Below, one piece after another: positions 1-13,252 of a stretch of 32,000 bases of DNA. Below the pieces are notes generated by a model. That model worked only from the letters and a program-made list of their open reading frames with translations. It had not been told where the DNA came from and did not search any database. The position numbers and the translations under genes are program-made. The DNA is from Raphidiopsis brookii D9 (GTDB lineage Bacteria > Cyanobacteriota > Cyanobacteriia > Cyanobacteriales > Nostocaceae). The stretch lies in assembly GCA_000175855.1 (NCBI GenBank), contig ACYB01000046.1:60001-92000 (forward strand), given 5' to 3'. Every line of letters begins with the position of its first letter. The stretch's first letter is position 1.

Positions 1-387
1 CGCTTGAACTGTAGCACCAGCGGGTACACCCAAGGAGTTGTAGGTTTCTTTCAAACCGTTTAATACACGCTCATCTAGGATGGAAGCATCTCCAGCTAAC
101 ATGGCGTAGGTAGAATAACGCAAGTAGTAATCCAAATCACGGATACAAGCTGCGTAGCGGCGAGTGGTGTACATGTTACCACCGGGACGGGTAATATCCG
201 AGTACAACAGGGACTTAGCTACAGCTTCTTTTACGATCGCAGCAGCATTAGCACTGATGGTGGTAGCTGCACGCACGCGCAGTTCACCAGTCGCAAAGTA
301 GCCTTTCAGCTTTTCTAGAGCAGCGGTGTCCAGGTATTTACCTTGAACGTCAGAAGAATTAATTACAGAGGTAATAGCGTCTTGCAT
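1..387 (-). CDS. apcB: allophycocyanin beta subunit, first 129 codons only (3' end runs off the left window edge)
   Basis: Absent from the ORF track because it is open at the window edge. Manual reverse-strand translation from the ATG (complement of 385-387) gives [100 protein letters not shown]... and stays open to position 1. It has the bilin-binding Cys context [10 protein letters not shown] and lies 68 nt downstream of apcA, as in apcAB operons. Confidence 0.93.
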   Translation of the reverse strand, partial: MQDAITSVINSSDVQGKYLDTAALEKLKGYFATGELRVRAATTISANAAAIVKEAVAKSLLYSDITRPGGNMYTTRRYAACIRDLDYYLRYSTYAMLAGDASILDERVLNGLKETYNSLGVPAGATVQA

Positions 388-455
388 TGTTGTTATTTCC
401 TTATTTCCAACCTGATTGCAAAAGTTTTCGGTTCTAGCTGTGGAATCGCTCTAAC

Positions 456-941
456 CTATGACATTGCACCAACAACGTAGTCGAAGTAAGCACCTGCTTC
501 AGCTGAGTCTTCAGCGGACAACAGAGTAGCAGCAACGGATTTCATTGCAGCAACGCCACCAGCTACAGCGTCAATGGGAGTACCCAAAGACTTGTACATT
601 TCACGAACACCAACGATACCGATTTCTTCGATGGGGGTAACATCTCCAGAAACGATTCCGTAGGTTACAAGACGCAAGTAGTAGTCTAGGTCACGAAGAC
701 AGGTAGCTGTCATTTCTTGACCGTAAGCGTTACCACCGGGAGAAACAACATCAGGGCGCTTTTGGAACAATTGGTCGCCAGCTTGCTTAACGATGCGCTC
801 CCGGTTGTCGGTCAATACTTGGGCAATACGAAGACGTGCTGCACCACCGGAAACAAAGCTCTTAATCCGATCTAACTCACCAGGGCTGAGGTAGCGAGCT
901 TCTGCATCAGCATTCACGATGGACTTCGTGACGATACTCAT
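456..941 (-). CDS. apcA: allophycocyanin alpha subunit
   Basis: 161-aa ORF starting [29 protein letters not shown] and containing [18 protein letters not shown]. This is a near-canonical ApcA sequence of typical length, and it sits between apcE and apcB. Confidence 0.97.
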   Translation of the reverse strand: MSIVTKSIVNADAEARYLSPGELDRIKSFVSGGAARLRIAQVLTDNRERIVKQAGDQLFQKRPDVVSPGGNAYGQEMTATCLRDLDYYLRLVTYGIVSGDVTPIEEIGIVGVREMYKSLGTPIDAVAGGVAAMKSVAATLLSAEDSAEAGAYFDYVVGAMS

Positions 942-1084
942 TAATGGATTCCTCCAAAACTAATGACACCAGGTTTGAAACTGGTAGGATTTTCATTGGT
1001 CGATAGCAGTTTTGTATCTTAATACATTCTGGGTTACATTTGCTCCCCACATGTGAAGAAGTTACCAAATTTTTCTATCCTTCC

Positions 1085-1098
1085 GGAAAATATTTTCC
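1085..1098. repeat. perfect 14-bp palindrome GGAAAATATTTTCC in the apcE-apcA intergenic region
   Basis: Read directly from the sequence. It lies about 145-157 nt upstream of the apcA start codon. Confidence 0.9.
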
Positions 1099-1248
1099 AG
1101 CATTATGTTGAGCATTTATTACTGCTCTTAACACTTTGTAATATTTTTTTTCACAATCGCTCATTTTCCGGGTTTTGGGTCTGGGGAATTGTAAAACAGG
1201 CGTAACTTTACCTGTCACTACCTGTCCTATTTATTCCCCCCATCTACC

Positions 1249-4674
<3,426 letters not shown>

Positions 4675-4906
4675 TTAAGTCTGGGTTGTTTTGCGGCTTG
4701 ATATACTTGACATATTGGTATTTTTATGCTTATCTCGCCTACAAAACTGCCAGTAAATTAACCCAGTCAATTTTTAGATTAGAACTTTTTGTGGTAACGC
4801 TGTTGATTTATTAAGAAGTGTGACAATTTTGTGATTTATTCATTGATTTCAATTTCTCCTTAATAATGCTAAAATGGGGGGAGTTGGGATGGATAAAGAG
4901 ACAGTT

Positions 4907-5338
4907 ATGAATTCCTCACTGTACCATGATGATTTTGTGCTGTGGACCCAAGAGCAGGTAAAAAAGCTGGAAGATAAGGATGTGGATGGTATTGACTGGA
5001 TAAATATTAGGGAGGAGATAAGTACTTTGGGACGCAGTGAGAAACAAGCCCTGCAAAACCGCTTAGAAGTCCTATTGGAACATCTACTAAAAAGATGCTA
5101 TGTAAATAATATTTATGACAACCGAGGTTGGGAGTTAACTATTAAAGAACAACGTAGACAAATTAAGCGATTATTAGCAGTATCACCCAGTCTCAAGAAC
5201 TATTTGGGGGAGGTTTTCCCAGAAACCTGGGAGGATGCCATATCAGATATAAGGGATATATATCCTGGTGTTGAACTCCCCATAACCTGTCCTTTCCCCC
5301 AAGAACGATTATTAACCGATTGTTTTTGGAACCAGTAG
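4907..5338 (+). CDS. DUF29 domain-containing protein
   Basis: LYHDDFVLWTQEQVKKLEDKDVDGIDWINIREEISTLGRSEKQALQNRLEVLLEHLLK matches the DUF29 family signature (LYxxDFxxWTxxQ ... EEIExLGRSE ... LLxHLLK). The start is ambiguous: in-frame ATGs occur at 4874, 4889 and 4907. I chose 4907 because family members usually start a few residues before the LY motif. Confidence 0.8.
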   Translation: MNSSLYHDDFVLWTQEQVKKLEDKDVDGIDWINIREEISTLGRSEKQALQNRLEVLLEHLLKRCYVNNIYDNRGWELTIKEQRRQIKRLLAVSPSLKNYLGEVFPETWEDAISDIRDIYPGVELPITCPFPQERLLTDCFWNQ

Positions 5339-5352
5339 TGGTAGGTAAATCC

Positions 5353-7137
5353 TTACTTCCTCTTCCTAGAAAAATAATCCTCCAGAACTTCCAAAATCAT
5401 TGGTGCAGCAACACTACCACCACCACCACCAGAATGTTCCGCAAAAGCGACAATAACAATTTCTGGTTTGTCTGCAGGTGCATAAGCACCAAACCAAGCA
5501 TGATTTTCTTTCACCTTATTCCTCCATGCTTCCGCAGTACCACTTTTACCAGCTACTGGGGGAATGGTAGGTTTATTTAAAACCTTACCTGTACCTTCAG
5601 ATACTACCTTTCGTAAACCATCCCGTAGGATCTTAATAGTTATAGGCTTCATATTTAATGAATCACGCCATTTTTTAGCATCTCCATTATCTTTTATCAA
5701 GTGTGGCTTCACTCTGTAGCCATTATTAGCAGGTACAGCAAACATAACTGCCACCTGCAAAGGTGTTGTGAGAAGCGCACCTTGTCCGATGGTCATATTA
5801 ATAGTATCACCTATACTCCAGGGAATTTTCCAAGCCCTCTGTTTCCAATTGTCATCAGGTACTAAACCCCTAGATTCTTCTGTGACAAAATCAAAGCCAG
5901 TTTTTTTCCCAAATCCATACTTACGGGTCCATTCAATCAATGTGGGACCACCAATACCTTTGCCAATTTGATAGAAAAAAGTATCACTACTCCACTGCAT
6001 TGCACCTACAAAACCAAGGGGACCAAATCCCGCATGATTCCACTCTCCAAATCTAGTTCCACCAATAGTTAAAGAACCATAGGTTTGTAACACAGTATCA
6101 GGAGCAAACTTGCCTGATTCTATGGCCGCTGCAGTGGTAACAATTTTGAAGGTACTAGCAGGGGGAAACGCACTCAAAGCTCTATTAACTAGAGGGTGAC
6201 CCGCACCCTGCACACTTTCCCAGTCTCGCTGAGAAAGTCTTTGTTTAGAGAAAACATTGGGATCAAACGTAGGATGGGACACCATGGCCAAAACTTCACC
6301 ATTATTGGGGTTAAGAGCAACTATTGTTCCATTACGCCGACCCAAAGCTTTTTCAGCGGCTTTTTGGATATCTAAATCTATAGTTAAGTGTAAATCGTTA
6401 CCTGCCCTGGCTTCTTTTTGACCTAACACCCGTAGGGGTCTACCAGCTCCATCGACTTCTACCTGCTGACCACCCCATTCTCCTCGCAGTGTTTTTTCGT
6501 GAGCTTTTTCCACCCCCATTTGACCAATCACATCACCAAGACGATAACCTTCCGGTCTACGCTTTTTCAGTTGCTCTGCCGTTAATTCACGCGTATAACC
6601 AAGCACATGAGCCAATTTTCCTCCATGGGGATAGTATCTCACAGCATCGGTATTTATTTCTACGTTTGGCAATTCCGTGGCATATTCCTTTAAAGCTGTA
6701 ATTTGAGCTTCATTTAAATGACGAGCGATACGAACTAGAGAAGACGAATAAGCTCCAGCTTGTTCCAGCTTATCTTCTATGTCTACCTGGGGAATATTGA
6801 GAATTCTCGATAAACGAGGACCAACAACAGACCAAGATGGTTTAGTGTGTGCCATGGGCCACAAATAAGCTGATCTTGGGTAGCGGGTACTAGCTAATAG
6901 TTTGCCATTACGGTCAAAAATATTTCCTCTTTCTGGTTGTTTGGCGATTATTCGGACTCGGTTAGACTCTGCGCGCACCCGCATTTTAGGTCCTTGAATA
7001 ATTTGTAAGTAGACCAACCGAGCAGTAATACCAGAGAGCATTAACAAGGTGAATAGTATTAAGTATATGGACTGTGGACCACGCCCTATGGTGCGGTCAC
7101 TTTTTTGATTGTTTACTGGACCTGGTAATGTAATCAT
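5353..7137 (-). CDS. mrdA: penicillin-binding protein 2 (elongation-specific peptidoglycan D,D-transpeptidase)
   Basis: It has an N-terminal membrane anchor, a PBP dimerisation region, and the transpeptidase motifs ASTFK (SxxK), SSD (SxN-like) and KSGTA (KTG-like). The ORF track start at 7206 adds 23 poorly conserved-looking residues. The ATG at the complement of 7135-7137 (MITLPGPVNNQK) fits cyanobacterial PBP2 N-termini better. Confidence 0.9.
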   Translation of the reverse strand: MITLPGPVNNQKSDRTIGRGPQSIYLILFTLLMLSGITARLVYLQIIQGPKMRVRAESNRVRIIAKQPERGNIFDRNGKLLASTRYPRSAYLWPMAHTKPSWSVVGPRLSRILNIPQVDIEDKLEQAGAYSSSLVRIARHLNEAQITALKEYATELPNVEINTDAVRYYPHGGKLAHVLGYTRELTAEQLKKRRPEGYRLGDVIGQMGVEKAHEKTLRGEWGGQQVEVDGAGRPLRVLGQKEARAGNDLHLTIDLDIQKAAEKALGRRNGTIVALNPNNGEVLAMVSHPTFDPNVFSKQRLSQRDWESVQGAGHPLVNRALSAFPPASTFKIVTTAAAIESGKFAPDTVLQTYGSLTIGGTRFGEWNHAGFGPLGFVGAMQWSSDTFFYQIGKGIGGPTLIEWTRKYGFGKKTGFDFVTEESRGLVPDDNWKQRAWKIPWSIGDTINMTIGQGALLTTPLQVAVMFAVPANNGYRVKPHLIKDNGDAKKWRDSLNMKPITIKILRDGLRKVVSEGTGKVLNKPTIPPVAGKSGTAEAWRNKVKENHAWFGAYAPADKPEIVIVAFAEHSGGGGGSVAAPMILEVLEDYFSRKRK

Positions 7138-7234
7138 GATGAACAGGAAAGTATGAGATATGGAATATGTATTATTTAAAAACAAGAGTGGACTACAATT
7201 TTCCACTCTGGTTTAATGTTAATGGTTAATGTGG

Positions 7235-7972
7235 TTAATCACCGGATGAGAAAAATAAAGGTAAGAGGAAAGCAGCAATAGTTCCCAATATCACTAGTAA
7301 TTCAATCAAACTTAAAATCGTGTTACTTTGTAGCAACTGATAAAAGTTTGCCAGGCTTGGCCTGTAATTATTAGTAACAGACCAATTACGTAAACGAGTT
7401 AACCAGTGTTTGGGACTGTCTTGAGTTCGCACTTGCCATGAAATCATGGAAAGCAGTAGTGGGGCACCACCAACTTTAGCAGACATTAACAGGTGTATAG
7501 CTAAAGAGCAAATTAGAATTAACCATGCTGTTAAATGGCAATAATACCAAATATGATCCAATTCTCCCAGTGGTAACCATTCTTCTTTCATCATTCTTCC
7601 AGATGTTGCTGCTAAAACTGCAGCAATTAACATAAAGGTGTTTGCCAAACGTTGTAAACTTACCCACCAAATTGGTTGATTAAATTGATTAAGCTGGGAT
7701 ATTTTCTGTAGCGAGTCAGCTTGCAATAAACGCATTTTTCCGCCATGGAAGCTATAAAGTGAAAACACGGGTAATAAGAGTAAGAATAGTAAAGCAACAG
7801 TACCGTGTATATCTTGAATGGGATTTATTTTGGGGATGGGAAGACTGCCAAATCTTTTATCGAAAGTATTATATACTAAAAATCCGGTAATAATTGCAGC
7901 AAGCACTAAAATCCCACTCAAGGAGTGTAGAATCCTCAAAATTACCGGTTGATATGGTGTTGAACGACTCAT
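7235..7972 (-). CDS. integral membrane protein, possibly cytochrome b (b561 / Ni-hydrogenase b-type) family
   Basis: 245 aa with about 5 predicted hydrophobic helices. Histidines sit in or near helices (RILHSLSG, DIHGTVALLF, YCHLTAWL, LAIHLLM), reminiscent of bis-heme cytochrome b proteins. The family assignment comes from pattern only. Confidence 0.45.
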   Translation of the reverse strand: MSRSTPYQPVILRILHSLSGILVLAAIITGFLVYNTFDKRFGSLPIPKINPIQDIHGTVALLFLLLLPVFSLYSFHGGKMRLLQADSLQKISQLNQFNQPIWWVSLQRLANTFMLIAAVLAATSGRMMKEEWLPLGELDHIWYYCHLTAWLILICSLAIHLLMSAKVGGAPLLLSMISWQVRTQDSPKHWLTRLRNWSVTNNYRPSLANFYQLLQSNTILSLIELLVILGTIAAFLLPLFFSSGD

Positions 7973-8020
7973 GAGTTAATCTTGGGCGTGTTGGTGTTAA
8001 TTTCTGGTATTATAATCTAA

Positions 8021-9847
8021 TCATTCCAATAGTTCCGGAATATGATCATAACCATCAACACCAATCACAGAGACGATTTTGGCTCGGTTTTTTCCCAGCA
8101 GCTCTTGAAAGCTATCCTTACCTATTTGTCTGATTATATTTTTCAATAGCAATGCTGGTTTGTGCCATTCTTGAGATGCGATTTGCTCTAATAGGTACAC
8201 AGCTAGGGAACCTGTATAAACTGCTTTCTCAAAATTCAACAAGTGATAATAGGTTTCTGATAAGTAGGCTAGGTTACAACCTTGGGTATATAAGTCTCCC
8301 GTAACCTGGGCAGCTCTAAAACCCATTTCTAAATATTTGATTGCTGTTTGATGTTGTTCGATGACTAAGTGAGCAATACCTAGACTGCTAAAACACAAGG
8401 ACTGGGTGGCAAGATCTTGTAATTTTTCCGCCAGTTTTAGTCCTCTCTCCAGGTAATTAATTGCCGATTCGTAAATTTCAGGTTCTAGGTTTTCCAATTC
8501 CCTTCCCTGCATAACTTCGCTGTAACCCAGATTTACTAAGGCGTTACTTTCTCCGGTTTTATCTCCCTTTTGTCTGCTTAGTATTAAGGCTCTTTGACTA
8601 TAATTTATTGCCTCTGCATAGTTCTTACTCTGCACATAAGTACGGGCTAAATGATTCAAATTAGCAATTTCGCAGGGTGTGTCTTCACCATTCCTGGCAA
8701 TTTCTAAGGCCTGTTCATGAAAATTTAAGGAGCGAGAATAATTACCCATAGCACGCTGAGAATAACCTAACAAAGTTAAAATTCTGGCTTTTTCCTGTGT
8801 ACGTGCTACGGTGTTTAATGGTGCATCCAAATAATCCAGCGCATCTCGCAAGTAACCACCCCAAAAGGAAGCAAAAATTCCCCCATAAAGGGGAAAATAG
8901 GAACGCTGGGCAAAAGCTCGCAATATTTGTAGAACGATTTGCGATGCACCATCCCTATATTTAGCTTTTTGATTCTCCCAACCGTATGCTAGCTGACTCC
9001 AGATGATAGCAAAGGTTAAAAATGTGGCTATGGATAATTTTGGACCAGCTTGAATATCGTAAACCTGCTGGTCAAACCAACTAACTAAACCTCTTTGTAG
9101 AAATTGTAAGATTATTGCCAGTTCCACCCAATCGCTTAAACTAATTCCTTGCTGCTTTTGAGCAAATTCTATGGCCGAATCTTCCATGGACAGAGTTTGA
9201 AACAATGATTGCGGTACTTCACTTTTCACCAATTTTGCCCAACTGGCCCAAGGACCACTTTCCCCCGGTATCCCACCAAATCCCAGCAAGTTTTTTTGTT
9301 CATACATCCAACTTAATAGGTTTTCTTGTATCCGTTGCCAACTACTAATACCTCGCCTGATTCCCTCACATATTTCTTTTATATCTCCATTAACTGTACT
9401 AAACTGATCTAATGATTTAGCTATTTGTTGCAGTTGGGATAGGTTTAAAGCATGTTTTTGATTGGGATCTAAATATCGTAAAAATTCAGTTAAATTTTCC
9501 TCAGTACTAGCACTGACAATTTCTCTTACTGCTAATGTAATTATCTCTGTGGACTGGTTTTGCTCCTCCCAACGCTGCCATTGGCTTTGAACCGTTCTTA
9601 TTGCCCTTAAACTACGATTGGCTTTGCCTTTTTTTGTCTCATCTTTCTCATTTTCTACTTGAATTTGTATATCCCTAGTGCGATCGCTCAGAGCTAATTC
9701 AAATATTTCCCCCGTACCCACACTTATACCATTGAGTAACATTTGGTAAATTTGATCCACGGAGCTAATTTTGCCTTTTAGTGTGTTATTGACTATCTCA
9801 TCGATTAAAGCTAGGTAGCGATCGCGTAAAGGAAGAGATTCAGACAT
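8021..9847 (-). CDS. tetratricopeptide (TPR) repeat protein with an uncharacterised N-terminal half
   Basis: 608-aa ORF. The C-terminal region, about residues 350-570, shows repeated 34-residue TPR-like patterns (e.g. ARILTLLGYSQRAMGNYSRSLNFHEQALEIAR, ANLNHLARTYVQSKNYAEAINYSQRALIL, NALVNLGYSEVMQGR). I recognise no domain in the N-terminal half. Confidence 0.75.
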   Translation of the reverse strand: MSESLPLRDRYLALIDEIVNNTLKGKISSVDQIYQMLLNGISVGTGEIFELALSDRTRDIQIQVENEKDETKKGKANRSLRAIRTVQSQWQRWEEQNQSTEIITLAVREIVSASTEENLTEFLRYLDPNQKHALNLSQLQQIAKSLDQFSTVNGDIKEICEGIRRGISSWQRIQENLLSWMYEQKNLLGFGGIPGESGPWASWAKLVKSEVPQSLFQTLSMEDSAIEFAQKQQGISLSDWVELAIILQFLQRGLVSWFDQQVYDIQAGPKLSIATFLTFAIIWSQLAYGWENQKAKYRDGASQIVLQILRAFAQRSYFPLYGGIFASFWGGYLRDALDYLDAPLNTVARTQEKARILTLLGYSQRAMGNYSRSLNFHEQALEIARNGEDTPCEIANLNHLARTYVQSKNYAEAINYSQRALILSRQKGDKTGESNALVNLGYSEVMQGRELENLEPEIYESAINYLERGLKLAEKLQDLATQSLCFSSLGIAHLVIEQHQTAIKYLEMGFRAAQVTGDLYTQGCNLAYLSETYYHLLNFEKAVYTGSLAVYLLEQIASQEWHKPALLLKNIIRQIGKDSFQELLGKNRAKIVSVIGVDGYDHIPELLE

Positions 9848-9911
9848 AAGGGAGGTTAGAAACAGGTGAAGATAGAAATCCTATAGACATAATAACATTG
9901 TTAGAACATTC

Positions 9912-10796
9912 TTAGATATTGGATATGGCAACGTTCTTTAAAATATTCATGGGGCCAATGTCCTTAACCAGCTGCATTTGTGCAGAATTTTTAACCAATA
10001 AACTACCTGCAAAGCCAAGGGAATTGACAGGAATGGAGACAAAATCCTCCTTTAATCTTGGTACAACCAACATCCAATTTCGGGTTGCCAGAAAATTGTA
10101 AGCTGCGGACTGTTTACGATCATCATTTGCTGTAATGCTAACTATGTCTAACAAAGCATAATACTTAGACAGGATGTCTTGAGGAGTTTGATCGGGGGAA
10201 AAAGTAGTAAAAGCATGAAGGAAAGGAAATGCTGGTATGGTAGTAATCCCATTTTCCAAGTCAGCTGTAGTCAATAATGGTGCTATGGGAATTTCATTTC
10301 CAGCTAGGGGAATAATTTGTAAATGTTTATGGCGCTGACTAGCACCAGCAACTTTACCACCATTATAGAATGCCAGTCCATCAAATTCAGCTAAACAGGC
10401 CCACATAGCTGCAAAATCTTCCCCAGTCAGCAGACTTTCCTGCTCTACGAAAGCACGAGTAATAATCAATAGGTGATAATCAACCACATTGAACTTATTC
10501 AATATACAAACATGAGTTTCTGAGATATCAGCTACAAATAGATCTTCTTGATATGGCAAAAAAGGGTTAAATTCCGTTCCGGAAACCTTAATAATTTGGT
10601 CTTGTTTTTTTTGGGCAGTTTGTTTGTGATTCAGGTTAGACAAGATTCGTACTAAAAAGATTACTCCATCTTGTTCAACAAATTCGGACTCGGTAGATAT
10701 GGGTATGAGTGCACCGCACTCTAAAGCATGGTGAGTAGTTTCTTTGAGTTTTTTCCACAATGTCCCAGGAGGGAGTAAGATTTGATTGTATGCCAT
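9912..10796 (-). CDS. ATP adenylyltransferase / Ap4A phosphorylase II-like protein
   Basis: 294 aa carrying the H-x-H-x-Q nucleotidyl-transfer motif in GGKVAGASQRHKHLQIIPL. The N-terminal LWKKLKETTHHALECGALIPISTESEFVEQDGVIFLVRIL is typical of the cyanobacterial Apa2-like 'phosphorylase' family. Confidence 0.7.
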   Translation of the reverse strand: MAYNQILLPPGTLWKKLKETTHHALECGALIPISTESEFVEQDGVIFLVRILSNLNHKQTAQKKQDQIIKVSGTEFNPFLPYQEDLFVADISETHVCILNKFNVVDYHLLIITRAFVEQESLLTGEDFAAMWACLAEFDGLAFYNGGKVAGASQRHKHLQIIPLAGNEIPIAPLLTTADLENGITTIPAFPFLHAFTTFSPDQTPQDILSKYYALLDIVSITANDDRKQSAAYNFLATRNWMLVVPRLKEDFVSIPVNSLGFAGSLLVKNSAQMQLVKDIGPMNILKNVAISNI

Positions 10797-10822
10797 GAGT
10801 TAAGAAAACGATTCTGGGAGAG

Positions 10823-11146
10823 ATGAAAGTTATTTTTTTGTACGTTACATGTAAGGATCGAGATGAAGCCCTTAGTATAGGTAAACTATTAGTACAAGAG
10901 CGTCTTGTGGCATGTGCTAACATAGTAGACAATATGAATAGTATCTACTGGTGGAATGGTGAAGTTCAGATGGAAAAAGAAGCAATTTTAATTATGAAAT
11001 CCCGCCAAGACCTATTTGCACAAGTAAAGGATAAGATAGATTCCGTACATTCTTATGATACACCTTGTATTGTGGCTATGCCAATTGATTATATAAGTGA
11101 AACTTACTTAAGCTGGCTAATTAAAGAAACAGAAACATTGAACTAG
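10823..11146 (+). CDS. cutA: divalent-cation tolerance protein CutA
   Basis: 107 aa. VTCKDRDEALSIGKLLVQERLVACANI ... IYWWNGEVQMEKEAILIMKS ... VHSYDTPCIVAMPI is the canonical CutA1 pattern. Confidence 0.9.
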   Translation: MKVIFLYVTCKDRDEALSIGKLLVQERLVACANIVDNMNSIYWWNGEVQMEKEAILIMKSRQDLFAQVKDKIDSVHSYDTPCIVAMPIDYISETYLSWLIKETETLN

Positions 11147-11152
11147 ATTGAA

Positions 11153-11929
11153 TTAATTCAAAAACTGCATAGCATCATTGAAAAATTGACGATATAGATA
11201 TCTAGTAATCAAAATTGCCGTTAGTAAATTAACCAGAACTACCATAAAAACGATGAGAATTTGGTATGATAAGGCTTCTAGGGGTGAGATACCTGTCAGT
11301 AACTGTCCACTGCTAAAAGTAGGTATGGTTACCATCCCCATTAACATCATTTGATTAAGTGTAGGAAAAAGAGCTGATCTAATTGCGTCTCGGCGATATT
11401 GACCAATAGCTTGTTGTGGCGTTGCGCCTAAACTGAGATGGGTTTCGATTTCTTGAGGAAATTGACGAATACTGCTAACTAATCTTTCCCCTGCTACTGC
11501 TGCTGCATTCATGGCATTAGCAAGCAATATGGCGGATATAGGAATTAAATAACGTGGTTCATACCATCTATCAGGTTTAATAATCAAAAAGTTTATATAA
11601 ATAAGAATTAGTGATGTACTGACAAAAATAGTTGTCCAAACCAGGGGAAGTAAGAAAGAAACTTTTGTACTGATACGATTTGTGGCTACAATAGATGTAA
11701 TGGTCAACATAACCAGGAAAAACCCCCCAATAACCCAAACATTATCAGTGGCAAAAACGAAATCTAAAACGTATGCCAACACGACCAACTGGAAAAAGCT
11801 TCGCAACCCTGCTATAACTAGGTTTAATTCCAGTCCCAATTTTTCCCAGATGGATAAACCAATGGTAATAGCCATTAAACCCAGAGCAAAACCCAAATCC
11901 GTAATGTCCAACTTAATTAAATCTGACAT
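11153..11929 (-). CDS. UPF0014-family ABC-type permease (FetB/YbbM-like)
   Basis: 258-aa polytopic membrane protein. The N-terminus (DITDLGFALGLMAITIGLSIWEKLGLELNLVIAGLRSFFQLVVLAYVL) and the C-terminal LMGMVTIPTFSSGQLL resemble the FetB/YbbM family. No partner ATPase gene is adjacent. Confidence 0.7.
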   Translation of the reverse strand: MSDLIKLDITDLGFALGLMAITIGLSIWEKLGLELNLVIAGLRSFFQLVVLAYVLDFVFATDNVWVIGGFFLVMLTITSIVATNRISTKVSFLLPLVWTTIFVSTSLILIYINFLIIKPDRWYEPRYLIPISAILLANAMNAAAVAGERLVSSIRQFPQEIETHLSLGATPQQAIGQYRRDAIRSALFPTLNQMMLMGMVTIPTFSSGQLLTGISPLEALSYQILIVFMVVLVNLLTAILITRYLYRQFFNDAMQFLN

Positions 11930-12073
11930 ATTTTAGTAATACTAGTATATGACCAATAAATATAATAAATAGTATGACTAACTAGTACAATTAGAATAGG
12001 CGAAAACAATAGCCATTCCTATTAAAATAATACTTTTCGGTCTGATCCCTATCCCGCAATTACGATAAAAACC

Positions 12074-13222
12074 ATGATCCAAGGCGTAAATTCCGTTCCC
12101 GCATTTGATATCAAACAGCAGTATTTGACCATCGAGTCAAAAATTAGTCGCGCTGTATTAGAAGTTCTCAGTTCTGGACGTTATATTGGTGGACCCGGGG
12201 TGGAGGAGTTTGAAAAGCAATTTGCTGCTTATCATGGTGTTAACGAGTGTGTAGCTTGTAATTCCGGTACTGATGCCTTGTATTTATCGCTACGGGCTTT
12301 GGATATCGGGGCGGGGGACGAGGTGATTACCACATCCTTTAGCTTTTTTGCAACTACGGAAGTGATTAGTGCAGTAGGGGCTATACCTGTGTTTGTAGAT
12401 ATTGACCCTACTACGTTTAATTTGGATGTGAGCAAAATTTCAGCAGCTATTACCAAAAAAACTAAAGCTATAATGCCCGTACACCTGTTTGGGTTACCTG
12501 TGGATATGACAGCTTTGATGGAGATTGCTCACTCCCATAACTTAGCTGTTATTGAGGATTGCGCTCAAGCTACAGGTGCGAGTTGGGAGGGACAAAAGGT
12601 TGGCAGTATAGGAAAGATAGGGTGTTTTAGCTTTTATCCTACCAAAAATTTGGGGGGTTGTGGTGATGGGGGAGCAATTACCACTAACGATAGAGAAATA
12701 GCGGACAAAATTAGACTATTAAAAGAACATGGTAGCAAAACAAGATATATTCATGAGGAAGTGGGTGTAAATAGTCGTTTAGATGCTCTCCAAGCTGCAA
12801 TCCTCCAAATCAAACTACCCTATTTGGATATTTGGAATGAACAACGGCAAAAAATAGCCACCTATTATTATCAACACCTAGGACAAATTTCTGGGATTAC
12901 CCCACCCCAAGAATTATTGGGGGGGATAGGAGTTTGGAATCAATATACTATTCGCGTTTCCGGTCAAGAGAGAAATGGTGCTAGTTCCAAATATAGGGAC
13001 TGGGTGAAAACTGCGCTAGAAGAAAGGGGAGTGAGCACCATGGTCTATTACCCTGTACCTTTACACTTGCAACCAGTATATAAATGTTTAGGTTATGAGT
13101 GTGGAAAATTGCCAGTTTCTGAAGCAGCTTGTGATCAAGTTATATCCTTACCTATGTTCCCAGAACTGACTCAGGAACAGCAAGACAGGGTTATTTATGG
13201 CTTGAAAGACTGTTTGAGTTAG
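12074..13222 (+). CDS. DegT/DnrJ/EryC1/StrS-family PLP-dependent sugar aminotransferase
   Basis: 382 aa containing GGPGVEEFEKQFAAYHG, NSGTDALYLSLRAL and the PLP-lysine context FSFYPTKNLGGCGDGG, followed by SRLDALQAAIL. These are the classic DegT family motifs. Confidence 0.9.
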   Translation: MIQGVNSVPAFDIKQQYLTIESKISRAVLEVLSSGRYIGGPGVEEFEKQFAAYHGVNECVACNSGTDALYLSLRALDIGAGDEVITTSFSFFATTEVISAVGAIPVFVDIDPTTFNLDVSKISAAITKKTKAIMPVHLFGLPVDMTALMEIAHSHNLAVIEDCAQATGASWEGQKVGSIGKIGCFSFYPTKNLGGCGDGGAITTNDREIADKIRLLKEHGSKTRYIHEEVGVNSRLDALQAAILQIKLPYLDIWNEQRQKIATYYYQHLGQISGITPPQELLGGIGVWNQYTIRVSGQERNGASSKYRDWVKTALEERGVSTMVYYPVPLHLQPVYKCLGYECGKLPVSEAACDQVISLPMFPELTQEQQDRVIYGLKDCLS

Positions 13223-13252
13223 TTTAACCGACAGAAGCCCCACGTCTCACTC

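Noticed and set aside
1021-1040. HLR1-like (RpaB) half-sites AATACATT ... GTTACATT upstream of apcA
   Set aside because: The TACA cores are 12 nt apart rather than the 10-nt phasing of HLR1, and the first unit has two mismatches.
1077-1090. TCCGGAAGGA on the minus strand, matching part of the conserved SRP-RNA domain IV motif, in a window that also encodes Ffh
   Set aside because: The match is only 10 nt. The flanks are AT-rich and cannot form the long GC-rich SRP RNA helix. It overlaps the palindrome reported above and is most likely coincidence.
1196-1215. Possible terminator just downstream of the apcE stop (ACAGG ... CCTGT then TTTT on the minus strand), next to the direct repeat ACCTGTCACT ACCTGTCCTA
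   Set aside because: The stem is only 5 bp with an 11-nt loop and a short T-run. This is too weak to call, although partial termination between apcE and apcA would be biologically plausible.
5320-5580. 86-aa plus-strand ORF overlapping the 3' end of mrdA
   Set aside because: Its TTTTTT run is simply the antisense of the Gly-rich SGGGGGS tail of PBP2, and it has no motifs. It is spurious.
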